Source of the DNA: an uncultured virus (IMG/VR IMGVR_UViG_3300020381_000001)
Lineage: Duplodnaviria > Heunggongvirae > Uroviricota > Caudoviricetes
Length of the DNA: 63,145 bases
IMG/VR virus record: IMGVR_UViG_3300020381_000001
Strand: one strand, 5' to 3'
Both the position numbers and the translations under genes were made by a program. A model generated the notes under the pieces. That model saw nothing but the letters and a program-made list of their open reading frames with translations. It was not told the DNA's origin and searched no databases. Shown piece by piece: positions 9,908 through 18,702 of this stretch. The stretch's first letter is position 1. Every line of letters begins with the position of its first letter.

Positions 9908-11344
9908 ATGCAAGCTCCTATCAATCATGAGCATCTGCAGAAGAAGTGGGCACCATTACTTGATTACGAAGGTCTAGAACCGATCAAGGATAATCACAAG
10001 AGAATGGTTACCGCACAACTTTTGGAGAACCAAGAACAAGCAATTAGAGAAGAAAGAGAATTTCTTTCAGAGGCTGTTCCAGCAAACAGCACAGGATCAT
10101 CAGGCGCATCTGCTGGTTTCAGTAATGCTGCTGGTACAAGTCCAACAGCAGGTTTCGACCCTGTTCTAATCAGTTTGATCCGTCGTTCAATGCCTAACTT
10201 GGTCGCATACGACCTAGCAGGTGTTCAACCAATGACTGGTCCTACTGGATTAATCTTCGCAATGAGATCCAAGTTCAGCACACAAGGCGGAACAGAAGCA
10301 CTATTCGACGAAGCAGATACTTCATTCTCTGCAGTCAGTGCTGGCAAAAATGGGACAGATGTTGGTAGTGGATACGTCGCTGGTGGAAGTGGTCAGTCAG
10401 TTGGTTTCGGTACAACTACACAGAAACCTAGTACTAATCCTAACCCTTCAGCACTTAACCCAGTAACAGGTGGTCTATCTGAGCAAGATGGATACAACAC
10501 TGGTATCGGTATGGATACCGAAAAGGCTGAAGCACTTGGTACAACTGGATCACCAGATTTCAACGAAATGGCATTCTCAATCGAGAAAGTCACCGTTACT
10601 GCGAAGTCCAGAGCACTAAAAGCTGAGTACTCACTAGAACTAGCTCAAGATCTTAAAGCAATCCACGGATTGAATGCAGAAGCAGAACTTGCTAACATTC
10701 TTTCTACTGAGATTCTTGCTGAGATCAACAGAGAAGTTATCAGAACAATCTATAAGGTTTCTGAAGCTGGTGCTCAAGTTAACGTTGCACAACAAGGTGT
10801 ATTCGACCTTGACATCGACTCAAATGGTAGATGGTCTGTTGAGAAGTTCAAAGGACTTATCTTCCAAATCGAAAGAGATGCAAACAGAATTGCACAGAGA
10901 ACTCGTAGAGGAAAGGGTAACATGATCCTTTGTTCTGCTGACGTTGCTTCTGCATTAACAATGGCTGGTGTACTTGATTACACTCCTGCACTTAATGCAA
11001 ACTTAAACGTTGATGACACAGGTAACACATTTGCTGGTGTTCTTCAAGGTAAGTACAGAGTATACATCGACCCATTCTCTGCTAACAGTGCTAACAATCA
11101 GTACTACGTTGTAGGTTACAAAGGTTCATCACCTTATGATGCAGGACTGTTCTACTGCCCATATGTACCATTACAGATGGTAAGAGCAGTTGGAGAGAAC
11201 TCCTTCCAGCCAAAAATTGGCTTCAAGACCAGATATGGTATTGTTGCTAACCCATTTGCTGAAGGTACAACTCAAGGTCTTGGTGCTATCAAGGCAAACA
11301 GTAACAGATACTATCAGAGAGTTACAGTTAAAAACCTTATGTAA
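9908..11344 (+). CDS. gp23: Major capsid protein
   Basis: KKWAPLL, GVQPMTGPTGLIFAMR, ELAQDLKAIHG and FQPKIGFKTRYG motifs. Confidence 0.99.
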   Translation: MQAPINHEHLQKKWAPLLDYEGLEPIKDNHKRMVTAQLLENQEQAIREEREFLSEAVPANSTGSSGASAGFSNAAGTSPTAGFDPVLISLIRRSMPNLVAYDLAGVQPMTGPTGLIFAMRSKFSTQGGTEALFDEADTSFSAVSAGKNGTDVGSGYVAGGSGQSVGFGTTTQKPSTNPNPSALNPVTGGLSEQDGYNTGIGMDTEKAEALGTTGSPDFNEMAFSIEKVTVTAKSRALKAEYSLELAQDLKAIHGLNAEAELANILSTEILAEINREVIRTIYKVSEAGAQVNVAQQGVFDLDIDSNGRWSVEKFKGLIFQIERDANRIAQRTRRGKGNMILCSADVASALTMAGVLDYTPALNANLNVDDTGNTFAGVLQGKYRVYIDPFSANSANNQYYVVGYKGSSPYDAGLFYCPYVPLQMVRAVGENSFQPKIGFKTRYGIVANPFAEGTTQGLGAIKANSNRYYQRVTVKNLM

Positions 11345-11363
11345 TGTTCAATTACATATTTCC

Positions 11364-11391
11364 AAAAGACTCCTTCGGGGGTCTTTTTTTT
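11364..11391 (+). terminator. Rho-independent terminator after gp23
   Basis: AAAAGACTCC-TTCG-GGGGTCTTTT hairpin with a UUCG loop and T-tract. Confidence 0.9.
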
Positions 11392-11407
11392 GTGTATAAA
11401 TACTTAT

Positions 11408-11542
11408 ATGAAAGATAAAAAAGCAGCTAAAAAAATAATTAGAATTGCAAAATGTTGTCCAGAGTATTACACAGAAGCAGAAGTAACTTACGCAAAAATC
11501 ATTAAAAACCGAATTAAGTATCTTGAAAAAGATTCTAAATAG
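11408..11542 (+). CDS. Small basic hypothetical protein (44 aa, not in the ORF track)
   Basis: MKDKKAAKKIIRIAKCCPEYYTEAEVTYAKII...; directly after the late promoter TATAAATA at 11395-11402. Confidence 0.6.
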   Translation: MKDKKAAKKIIRIAKCCPEYYTEAEVTYAKIIKNRIKYLEKDSK

Positions 11543-11553
11543 TTAAAAAACTG

Positions 11554-11802
11554 ATGAAACATTTTCGCAAATTCATGGAGGATATTGACTCTACTGAAAA
11601 ACCAGTGGAGAATAGAGTTGATGCTGCAAAAAAGAAATTTGAAACTCAAAAAATGAAAACAAAAAGTGAAATTGAATCGACTAAAGAAAAAATAAAAGAC
11701 TCTGGAAAAAGATCTACACCCATGTTTAACAAACATAAATCAGTTAACTTGAATAAAAGTACAGGTCAATTGCCAAGTTTCAATAAAAAGGAGAAAGAAT
11801 AG
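11554..11802 (+). CDS. Small protein with a capsid-targeting-like N-terminus
   Basis: MKHFRKFMED start; CTAAATA late-promoter-like site just upstream. Confidence 0.65.
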   Translation: MKHFRKFMEDIDSTEKPVENRVDAAKKKFETQKMKTKSEIESTKEKIKDSGKRSTPMFNKHKSVNLNKSTGQLPSFNKKEKE

Positions 11803-12026
11803 TGCCTTACCATATTAAAAAAACAAGTCTTTTAGGTTCAGCAATTCCAACTGATGGTACTGAATATTATGCTGGAGATAATAAGTGGACTAATAACTAT
11901 GAAAATCGTAAAGTATATGTAAATGAAGCAGATGCAAATTCTCAAAAAAATACGACAGTAACAACAAATCAAGGCATTACTTACCAACCTAAATGGTGGG
12001 CTAATGCTATAGTTGTGAGTGAATAA
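11802..12026 (+). CDS. Hypothetical protein
   Basis: GTG start overlapping the previous stop; fills the gap before gp3. Confidence 0.7.
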   Translation: MPYHIKKTSLLGSAIPTDGTEYYAGDNKWTNNYENRKVYVNEADANSQKNTTVTTNQGITYQPKWWANAIVVSE

Positions 12027-12028
12027 TT

Positions 12029-12577
12029 ATGGCAAGAATTTATTCTAATCAAATTGAGAATCGTAATTTTTTATCTCCTATTGGATTTAAATTTACTTTA
12101 TCTAAAACACCAAAAGTAACATTTTTTTCAAACTCAAGTCGTATACCTGAGATATCTCTTGGTACAGCATTGCAACCAAGTTACTTAAAAGACATTGATG
12201 TACCTGGTGATAAGTTACAGTATGGTGAATTTTCTCTTCGTTTCTTAGTCGATGAGAATCTAGAGAATTATATGGCAATACATAATTGGTTGACAGGACT
12301 AGGATATCCAGAGACAACAGACCAATTTAAAAAAGCAACTACAGATCAAGATAGTTTAAGAGATTCGGAAATAGTCTTTAGTGATGGTAATCTACACATA
12401 TTGAACAGCAATTTCAATACAACTGCAATTGTAAAATTTAATGATCTGTTTCCTATCAGTTTATCATCCTTGGAGTTTGAAGCTACAGATACAGATGTCA
12501 ATTACTTTACAGCAGATGCAATTTTTAAGTATACAGTGTATAATATAGTTAAACCAGACGGAAGAACTCCTTTATGA
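12029..12577 (+). CDS. gp3: Tail completion / tube terminator protein
   Basis: NRNFLSPIGFKF, PGDKL.Y..F.LRFLVDENLENY; position before uvsY. Confidence 0.9.
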   Translation: MARIYSNQIENRNFLSPIGFKFTLSKTPKVTFFSNSSRIPEISLGTALQPSYLKDIDVPGDKLQYGEFSLRFLVDENLENYMAIHNWLTGLGYPETTDQFKKATTDQDSLRDSEIVFSDGNLHILNSNFNTTAIVKFNDLFPISLSSLEFEATDTDVNYFTADAIFKYTVYNIVKPDGRTPL

Positions 12578-13005
12578 ATCTTGATGAAATTCAGGAGATG
12601 TGGCAACGTGATGCTGTCATTGATCCTGATAACCTACATGATGAGTCACTAAAAATACCTCAGTTACATTCAAAGTATTATACAATCTATAATACCATCA
12701 CTTTAATGCGCGAGAAAGCGAGAGATCAAAAAGCAAAAGTTAAATTGGAAAGATACAATTACTATACAGGAAAGGCAGATCCACAAGTTTATGAAGAAGA
12801 ACCATTTCCGTATAAGGTGAGGGAAAAGGACGCAATACAGAGGCATTTAGATGCCGATGAGAGGATGACAAAGATAGACTTAAAGATTAGATATTATGAT
12901 ACTACTCTTAAATTCTTAGAAGAAATAATACGTATAGTATCAAATCGTACATATCAAATAAAAAATGCTATTGAATGGCATAGATTCCAGTCTGGATTTA
13001 CCTAA
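12574..13005 (+). CDS. uvsY: Recombination mediator
   Basis: SLKIPQLHSKY, YYTGKA and RTYQIKNAIEW motifs. Confidence 0.93.
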   Translation: MNLDEIQEMWQRDAVIDPDNLHDESLKIPQLHSKYYTIYNTITLMREKARDQKAKVKLERYNYYTGKADPQVYEEEPFPYKVREKDAIQRHLDADERMTKIDLKIRYYDTTLKFLEEIIRIVSNRTYQIKNAIEWHRFQSGFT

Positions 13006-13032
13006 CTAAATACAATCAGATGAGCATGTATA

Positions 13033-14505
13033 ATGTCACATTTGATTATATCAAAAAAGAATGAAGTTTATCTTAAAATAGATGCGGAACCTCATATCCA
13101 TTATGAGTTATCTGATCAATTTACTTTTGATATACCAAATGCAAAATTCTCACCAGCATATAAAAATAAGTATTGGGATGGAAAAATAAGACTTTTCAAT
13201 ACTCAGAAGAAGGAAATATATATTGGATTGTTAGATAAGATAGTTCAATTTTGTAAAGATCATGAATATACTTTTGAATTTTTAGACAATAGACACTATG
13301 GTACTCCTTTCGAAGTCAATGAGGGAATATCAAAAGAAGGCGTTAAAGATTACATGACAGCAATTTCTAAATATAAACCTAGAGATTATCAAATTGAGGG
13401 AGTATACGACGCTTTAAGACATAATAGAAAGTTGTTGATATCCCCAACTGCATCGGGAAAATCTCTGATGATATATTCGATTGTGAGATATTTTGTTGAG
13501 ACAAAGAAAAGTACGTTGATAGTTGTTCCGACGACTTCCCTAGTAGAGCAAATGTATAAAGACTTTGCGGATTATGGATGGGATGTTGGTTCATTTTGCC
13601 ACAAGATATATGCAGGTAAAGAAAGAGAGACAGACTCTCAAGTTATTATTACGACTTGGCAATCAATCTACAAACTCCCCAGAAAGTATTTTGAGAGATT
13701 CTCTGTTGTAGTTGGGGATGAGGCTCACCAATTTAAATCAAAGTCATTAATATCTATAATGACTAAACTTGACAATGCAAAATATCGTTATGGTTTTACA
13801 GGAACTCTTGATGGAACGCAAACACATAAGTGGGTTTTGGAAGGATTGTTTGGTCCTTCATATAAAATTGTTAAGACGGATGAACTTATGAAGAAAGGAC
13901 ATCTCGCAAAACTAGATATCAACGTGCTTCTATTGAAACACCCACCGAATAAATTTGAAAATTTTGAAGAAGAAGTTCAGTATATTATTGGTCATGACCG
14001 AAGAAATAATTTTATCAAGAACCTTGCTCTTGATCTCAAAGGCAATACTTTGATACTATTTGCCAGAGTTGAGAAGCACGGAGAACCGCTTTACAATTTG
14101 ATAAATACTAGTAATATTATTGAAAAACGAAATGTCTTTTTTATTCATGGTGGAGTGGAAACCGAAGACCGAGAGAAAGTTCGAGAAATCACTGAACAAG
14201 AGGGTAATGCTATTATCGTTGCCTCGTACGGGACTTTTTCCACTGGGATTAATATCAAAAATTTACACAATATAATTTTTGCATCCCCGTCTAAATCAAG
14301 AATACGTAATCTTCAATCCATCGGAAGGGTTCTTAGAAAAGGAAATCAAAAAACAAGAGCTACCCTTTATGATATTGCTGATGACATTAGTTATAAATCT
14401 AGAAAAAATTATACACTCAATCATCTGATTGAAAGAATAAAAATTTATAATGAAGAAAATTTTGATTATGATATAGTAAACATACCTCTTAAAAATAATG
14501 GGTGA
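13033..14505 (+). CDS. uvsW: SF2 RNA-DNA/DNA-DNA helicase
   Basis: WDGKIRLF, PTASGKS, DEAH and QSIGRVLR motifs. Confidence 0.96.
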   Translation: MSHLIISKKNEVYLKIDAEPHIHYELSDQFTFDIPNAKFSPAYKNKYWDGKIRLFNTQKKEIYIGLLDKIVQFCKDHEYTFEFLDNRHYGTPFEVNEGISKEGVKDYMTAISKYKPRDYQIEGVYDALRHNRKLLISPTASGKSLMIYSIVRYFVETKKSTLIVVPTTSLVEQMYKDFADYGWDVGSFCHKIYAGKERETDSQVIITTWQSIYKLPRKYFERFSVVVGDEAHQFKSKSLISIMTKLDNAKYRYGFTGTLDGTQTHKWVLEGLFGPSYKIVKTDELMKKGHLAKLDINVLLLKHPPNKFENFEEEVQYIIGHDRRNNFIKNLALDLKGNTLILFARVEKHGEPLYNLINTSNIIEKRNVFFIHGGVETEDREKVREITEQEGNAIIVASYGTFSTGINIKNLHNIIFASPSKSRIRNLQSIGRVLRKGNQKTRATLYDIADDISYKSRKNYTLNHLIERIKIYNEENFDYDIVNIPLKNNG

Positions 14506-14902
14506 AGAATTTTACGCAGTTATCAAATTAGTTTCGGGAGAAGAAATTTTCTCACTCATTGTTGTGGATGATAATAACGATGATGATACTATAATAGTTC
14601 TCCAGAGTCCTGTTTTAATGTGGACAAACACAACTCCAAATGGAACTTTTATTAAAGTTAAACCATGGATGGAATTACCTGATGAAGATATTTTTATGAT
14701 TAGACTTGATAAAATTATAACTATGACTGAATCTAAAGATAATAAATTAATAAAATTATATAATCATTATATAAATGACGAAGGTGATACAATTTATAAA
14801 GAAGAAGGTTTAGTTAAACCAAATTATGAAATGGGATATATCTCCTCTGTTGCAGAAGCTAGAATGAAATTGGAAAAGGTATTTAAACTTAAAGAGACTT
14901 AA
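14498..14902 (+). CDS. Conserved cyanophage protein, possible Sm-like fold
   Basis: YAVIKLVSGEEI...KPWM pattern; conserved position between uvsW and gp55. Confidence 0.7.
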   Translation: MGEEFYAVIKLVSGEEIFSLIVVDDNNDDDTIIVLQSPVLMWTNTTPNGTFIKVKPWMELPDEDIFMIRLDKIITMTESKDNKLIKLYNHYINDEGDTIYKEEGLVKPNYEMGYISSVAEARMKLEKVFKLKET

Positions 14903-14957
14903 TAAGCTTATATCCCTTTGAACCCTTACAGAGTTATTGTACACATATTTACAGGAC

Positions 14958-14985
14958 TTGTCAAGTATGTAAAATGTGTTATAAT
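14958..14985 (+). promoter_or_regulatory. Sigma70-like promoter upstream of gp55
   Basis: TTGTCA-16 nt-TATAAT. Confidence 0.65.
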
Positions 14986-15010
14986 ATTAATATGAGAAAA
15001 ATAAAACATT

Positions 15011-15532
15011 ATGCCTAGAAAGAAATCCGAACACTATGTAAATAATAAGGAGTTACTACAGGCTATAACTGTTTATAGAGGGAGTGCGTTAGTTGCTAGA
15101 GCAGCATATCTTAAAAAATATGGTGTAGATGCACCTAAGTCAGGACCATGGGAGGGTAAACCCCCTATCTCAAACTATCTCGGTTCTTGTTTCTTGAAAA
15201 TAGCAACACATTTGTCGTATAAACCGAACTTTGTCAATTACATGTTTCGTGAGGATATGATATCTGATGGTATTGAGAACTGTGTTCAATACATACATAA
15301 CTTTGATCCTGAGAAATCCAAGAATCCTTTTGCTTATTTTACACAGGTTATACATTATGCATTTCTCAGACGTATTCAAAAGGAAAAGAAACAACTTGAT
15401 ATCAAAACAAAAATAATTGAAAGAAGTGGATTTGATGAAGTCATGGCAGTTGATGATAATGCGATGTCAGGAACCAGTTCTGATTTCAATACTATTAAAG
15501 ATAATATTCAGTATAGAAATAATAATAGATGA
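15011..15532 (+). CDS. gp55: Late-transcription sigma factor
   Basis: HYVNNKE, NFVNYMFREDMISDGIENC and NPFAYFTQ...AFLRRIQKEKKQ motifs. Confidence 0.97.
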   Translation: MPRKKSEHYVNNKELLQAITVYRGSALVARAAYLKKYGVDAPKSGPWEGKPPISNYLGSCFLKIATHLSYKPNFVNYMFREDMISDGIENCVQYIHNFDPEKSKNPFAYFTQVIHYAFLRRIQKEKKQLDIKTKIIERSGFDEVMAVDDNAMSGTSSDFNTIKDNIQYRNNNR

Positions 15533-16563
15533 AAGTTGCTATAATAACTGATACTCATTACGGTGCACGTAAGGGATCTACACATCTTCATGAATATTTT
15601 CGGTTATTTTATGATAATGTGTTTTTTCCTACTCTGGAAAAGGAAGGTATTGATACCATAATTCATATGGGAGATATATTTGATAGTCGTAAATCTATAG
15701 ACTATCAGAGTTTAGAGTGGTCAAAGGAGGTTGTCTTTGAACCAATGAGAAAGTATAAGGTGTATGCAATCACAGGTAATCATGATTGTTATTATAAGAA
15801 TACTAATCATGTAAACTCACCAGAACTTTTATTAAAAGATTATTCAAACATATCAACTTTTTCAAAAGCAACAGAAATAAATATCGATGGATTAGATATT
15901 CTTCTTTTACCTTGGATCAATTCTGAAAACTATGATAATTCATTAGATCTTATTAAAATATCTCAAAGTAAAGTTGTAATGGGACATCTTGAATTAAATG
16001 GATTCAGAGCTACTCGTGGACATATGATGGAGACGGGAATGGATGTTGATGTATTTAATAAGTTTGATGTGGTATATTCAGGACATTTTCACACTCGTTC
16101 GACAAATGGAAAAATACATTATCTGGGTAATCCATATGAAATGTATTGGAATGATGTCAATGATAAAAGGGGTTTTCATATATTTGATACGGATACCCTT
16201 ACTCATACCCCAGTTAATAATCCTTATAAATTATTTTATAACATATATTATGAAGATGATAATTATAAATTATTTAATACGACTGAATATAATAAAAAAA
16301 TTGTTAAGTTAATTGTTCGTAAAAAATCTGATCCTAAAAATTTTGAAAGATTTGTAGATAAACTTTATTCCTCTGGCATACAGGATTTAAAAATAATTGA
16401 AAACTTTATAATTGAAGAAGGTGAAAACTTTGAAATTGAAGAGGAAGAGAGTACAATCTCAATTTTAAATCGTTATATTGACGAATCTGATATTGAGTTT
16501 GATAAAAATATTATTAAAAATATTTTCCAAGACCTTTATCGACAAGCATGCGAGGTAGAGTAA
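15529..16563 (+). CDS. gp47: Recombination endonuclease subunit (Mre11/SbcD-like)
   Basis: Metallophosphoesterase motifs DTHYG, GDIFD, GNHD and SGHFH. Confidence 0.96.
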   Translation: MKVAIITDTHYGARKGSTHLHEYFRLFYDNVFFPTLEKEGIDTIIHMGDIFDSRKSIDYQSLEWSKEVVFEPMRKYKVYAITGNHDCYYKNTNHVNSPELLLKDYSNISTFSKATEINIDGLDILLLPWINSENYDNSLDLIKISQSKVVMGHLELNGFRATRGHMMETGMDVDVFNKFDVVYSGHFHTRSTNGKIHYLGNPYEMYWNDVNDKRGFHIFDTDTLTHTPVNNPYKLFYNIYYEDDNYKLFNTTEYNKKIVKLIVRKKSDPKNFERFVDKLYSSGIQDLKIIENFIIEEGENFEIEEEESTISILNRYIDESDIEFDKNIIKNIFQDLYRQACEVE

Positions 16564-16820
16564 TGTTCCTTCTTACACTTAAAAATAAAAAAGAGGAAGG
16601 AGTGTATGCTGTAGATGATGAATATGGAAATCTTGTTTTATTTCTTTTTGAGCAGGAGGACGATGCAACTCGGTATGCTATGATGTTAGAAGAAGATGAA
16701 GAAAAAGAAATGGTTGTCGTTGAAATTGATGATGATCTTGCATTAAAAACATGTAAATTGAACAATTACAAATACGCAGTAATTACACCTGATGACATTG
16801 TTATTCCACCAAAAAAATGA
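16563..16820 (+). CDS. Conserved hypothetical protein
   Basis: ATG overlaps the gp47 stop; LFEQEDDATRYAMML. Confidence 0.75.
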   Translation: MFLLTLKNKKEEGVYAVDDEYGNLVLFLFEQEDDATRYAMMLEEDEEKEMVVVEIDDDLALKTCKLNNYKYAVITPDDIVIPPKK

Positions 16821-18532
16821 TAACTTTTAAAACTATAAAATGGAAAAATTTTCTTTCAACTGGTGATCACTGGAATGAAATTAATTTTTTACAAGAAAAT
16901 ACAAACTTAATAATTGGTACAAATGGTTCAGGTAAATCAACTATGTTGGATGCTTTGACCTTTGCTCTATTCAATAAACCTTTTCGTAAGATAAACAAAT
17001 CACAGTTAATGAATACTGTAAATGAAAGAGATTGTCTTGTTGAATTAGATTTTTCTGTGAATAATCGTGATTATATTGTTCGAAGAGGAATGAAACCAAA
17101 TATATTTGATATTGAGGTTGATGGAAATTTGATGCATAGACAGGCAGACGATAGATCAAATCAGAAAATACTAGAGGAGAGTATATTAAAGGTAAATTAT
17201 AAGTCTTTTACGCAAATTGTTATATTAGGTAGTAGTACATTTGTTCCATTTATGCAGTTGAGTGGTTCAAATCGAAGGGAGGTAATAGAAGATTTGTTGG
17301 ATATACGTATTTTTTCTGCAATGAATCAATTGATTAAGGATCAAATTAGAGAAAAAAGGGAAAAGGTAAGATCTCTTGATCTTAAAAAAGATAATTTAAA
17401 AGATAAAATGACAATGCAAAAGAATTTTATCAAAGAATTGGAGGAGAGAGGTAAGAATGATATTACAATGAGTAAAGACAAAATTAATAGTTTAATTACT
17501 GAAACTGATAACTACGTTTCAACCAATGAGAATTTAGAACTTGAGGTAACTGGTCTTATAGAGGATCAGGAAAAGGTCACAGGTGCAGGAAAAAAATTAC
17601 TAAAACTTAACAATCTGAAGGGTAAATTATCCAATAAAGTAACAACACTTACTAAAGAGCATAAGTTCTTTAAAGATAATGTATCATGCCCTACATGTAC
17701 TCAACCAATAGAAGAAGAGTTTCGATTAAATAGAATTACTGACGTTCAAACTAAAGCCAAGGAACTCAAGAAGGGTTATAAAGACCTTGAAGAGACTATC
17801 AAAAAAGAGCAAGACCGAGAACGTCAGTTTCAAAAATTATCAAAGGAGATTACTAAACTCAATAATGACATTTCTAAAAATAACACTCACATCTCTTTTA
17901 ATCAGAGACAAATCAGAGATCTTGAATCAGAAATTCAAGTTACTACCGAGCAATTTAAAAACAGAAATACTGAAAATGAAAAACTAAAAGAGTTTAAAGA
18001 TAATCTTAAAAACACAATAGAAGACCTATCATCTCATAGAGAAGATATAAACCATCACGACTTTGCATATTCCTTACTCAAAGACGATGGTGTTAAAACT
18101 AAAATAATCAAAAAGTATCTACCTTTTATCAATCAACAGGTAAATAGATATCTTCAGTTGATGGATTTTTATATCAATTTTACTTTAGATGAGGAGTTTA
18201 GGGAGACTGTAAAATCTCCGATACATGAAGATTTTTCATATGCATCTTTCAGTGAAGGTGAAAAGATGAGAATTGATCTAGCACTGCTATTCACTTGGAG
18301 AGAAGTTGCAAGAGTCAAGAATTCCGTAAATACAAATCTGCTAATTATGGATGAGGTATTTGATTCATCTCTTGATGGATTTGGAACTGATGAGTTTCTT
18401 AAAATTATTCGTTATATTATAAAAGGTGCTAATATATTTGTAATATCACATAAGTCTGATTTGAATGATAAGTTTGAAAATGTAATTCAGTTTGATAAAA
18501 TTAAAGGATTTTCTAAAATAGTAAAAGAATGA
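16817..18532 (+). CDS. gp46: Recombination ATPase subunit (Rad50/SbcC-like)
   Basis: Walker A GTNGSGKST, CPTC zinc hook, FSEGEKMRIDLA and LIMDEVFD. Confidence 0.97.
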   Translation: MITFKTIKWKNFLSTGDHWNEINFLQENTNLIIGTNGSGKSTMLDALTFALFNKPFRKINKSQLMNTVNERDCLVELDFSVNNRDYIVRRGMKPNIFDIEVDGNLMHRQADDRSNQKILEESILKVNYKSFTQIVILGSSTFVPFMQLSGSNRREVIEDLLDIRIFSAMNQLIKDQIREKREKVRSLDLKKDNLKDKMTMQKNFIKELEERGKNDITMSKDKINSLITETDNYVSTNENLELEVTGLIEDQEKVTGAGKKLLKLNNLKGKLSNKVTTLTKEHKFFKDNVSCPTCTQPIEEEFRLNRITDVQTKAKELKKGYKDLEETIKKEQDRERQFQKLSKEITKLNNDISKNNTHISFNQRQIRDLESEIQVTTEQFKNRNTENEKLKEFKDNLKNTIEDLSSHREDINHHDFAYSLLKDDGVKTKIIKKYLPFINQQVNRYLQLMDFYINFTLDEEFRETVKSPIHEDFSYASFSEGEKMRIDLALLFTWREVARVKNSVNTNLLIMDEVFDSSLDGFGTDEFLKIIRYIIKGANIFVISHKSDLNDKFENVIQFDKIKGFSKIVKE

Positions 18533-18702
18533 ACACACCTAACTGGCAACACCACTCTAAAAAAGAAAAGAAACGAACGTTAAAACCACAAGCTTTAAGG
18601 CAAGCAAGAAAACGTCGTGGACAGTTGTTAAAGTGTCTACTCAACCGTCCCAAGGGGCGGTTTCGTTGTTATGATAGGTATATCAGATACAAATCCTCAT
18701 GA
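18529..18702 (+). CDS. Small basic hypothetical protein (57 aa, not in the ORF track)
   Basis: MNTPNWQHHSKKEKKRTLKPQALRQAR...; ATGA overlaps with both neighbours. Confidence 0.6.
   Translation: MNTPNWQHHSKKEKKRTLKPQALRQARKRRGQLLKCLLNRPKGRFRCYDRYIRYKSS
18617..18675 (+). promoter_or_regulatory. Palindromic motif, stem-loop and extended -10 (early promoter)
   Basis: GTGGACAGTT-N4-AAGTGTCTAC, hairpin AACCGTCC-CAAG-GGGCGGTT, then TGtTATGAT. Confidence 0.55.
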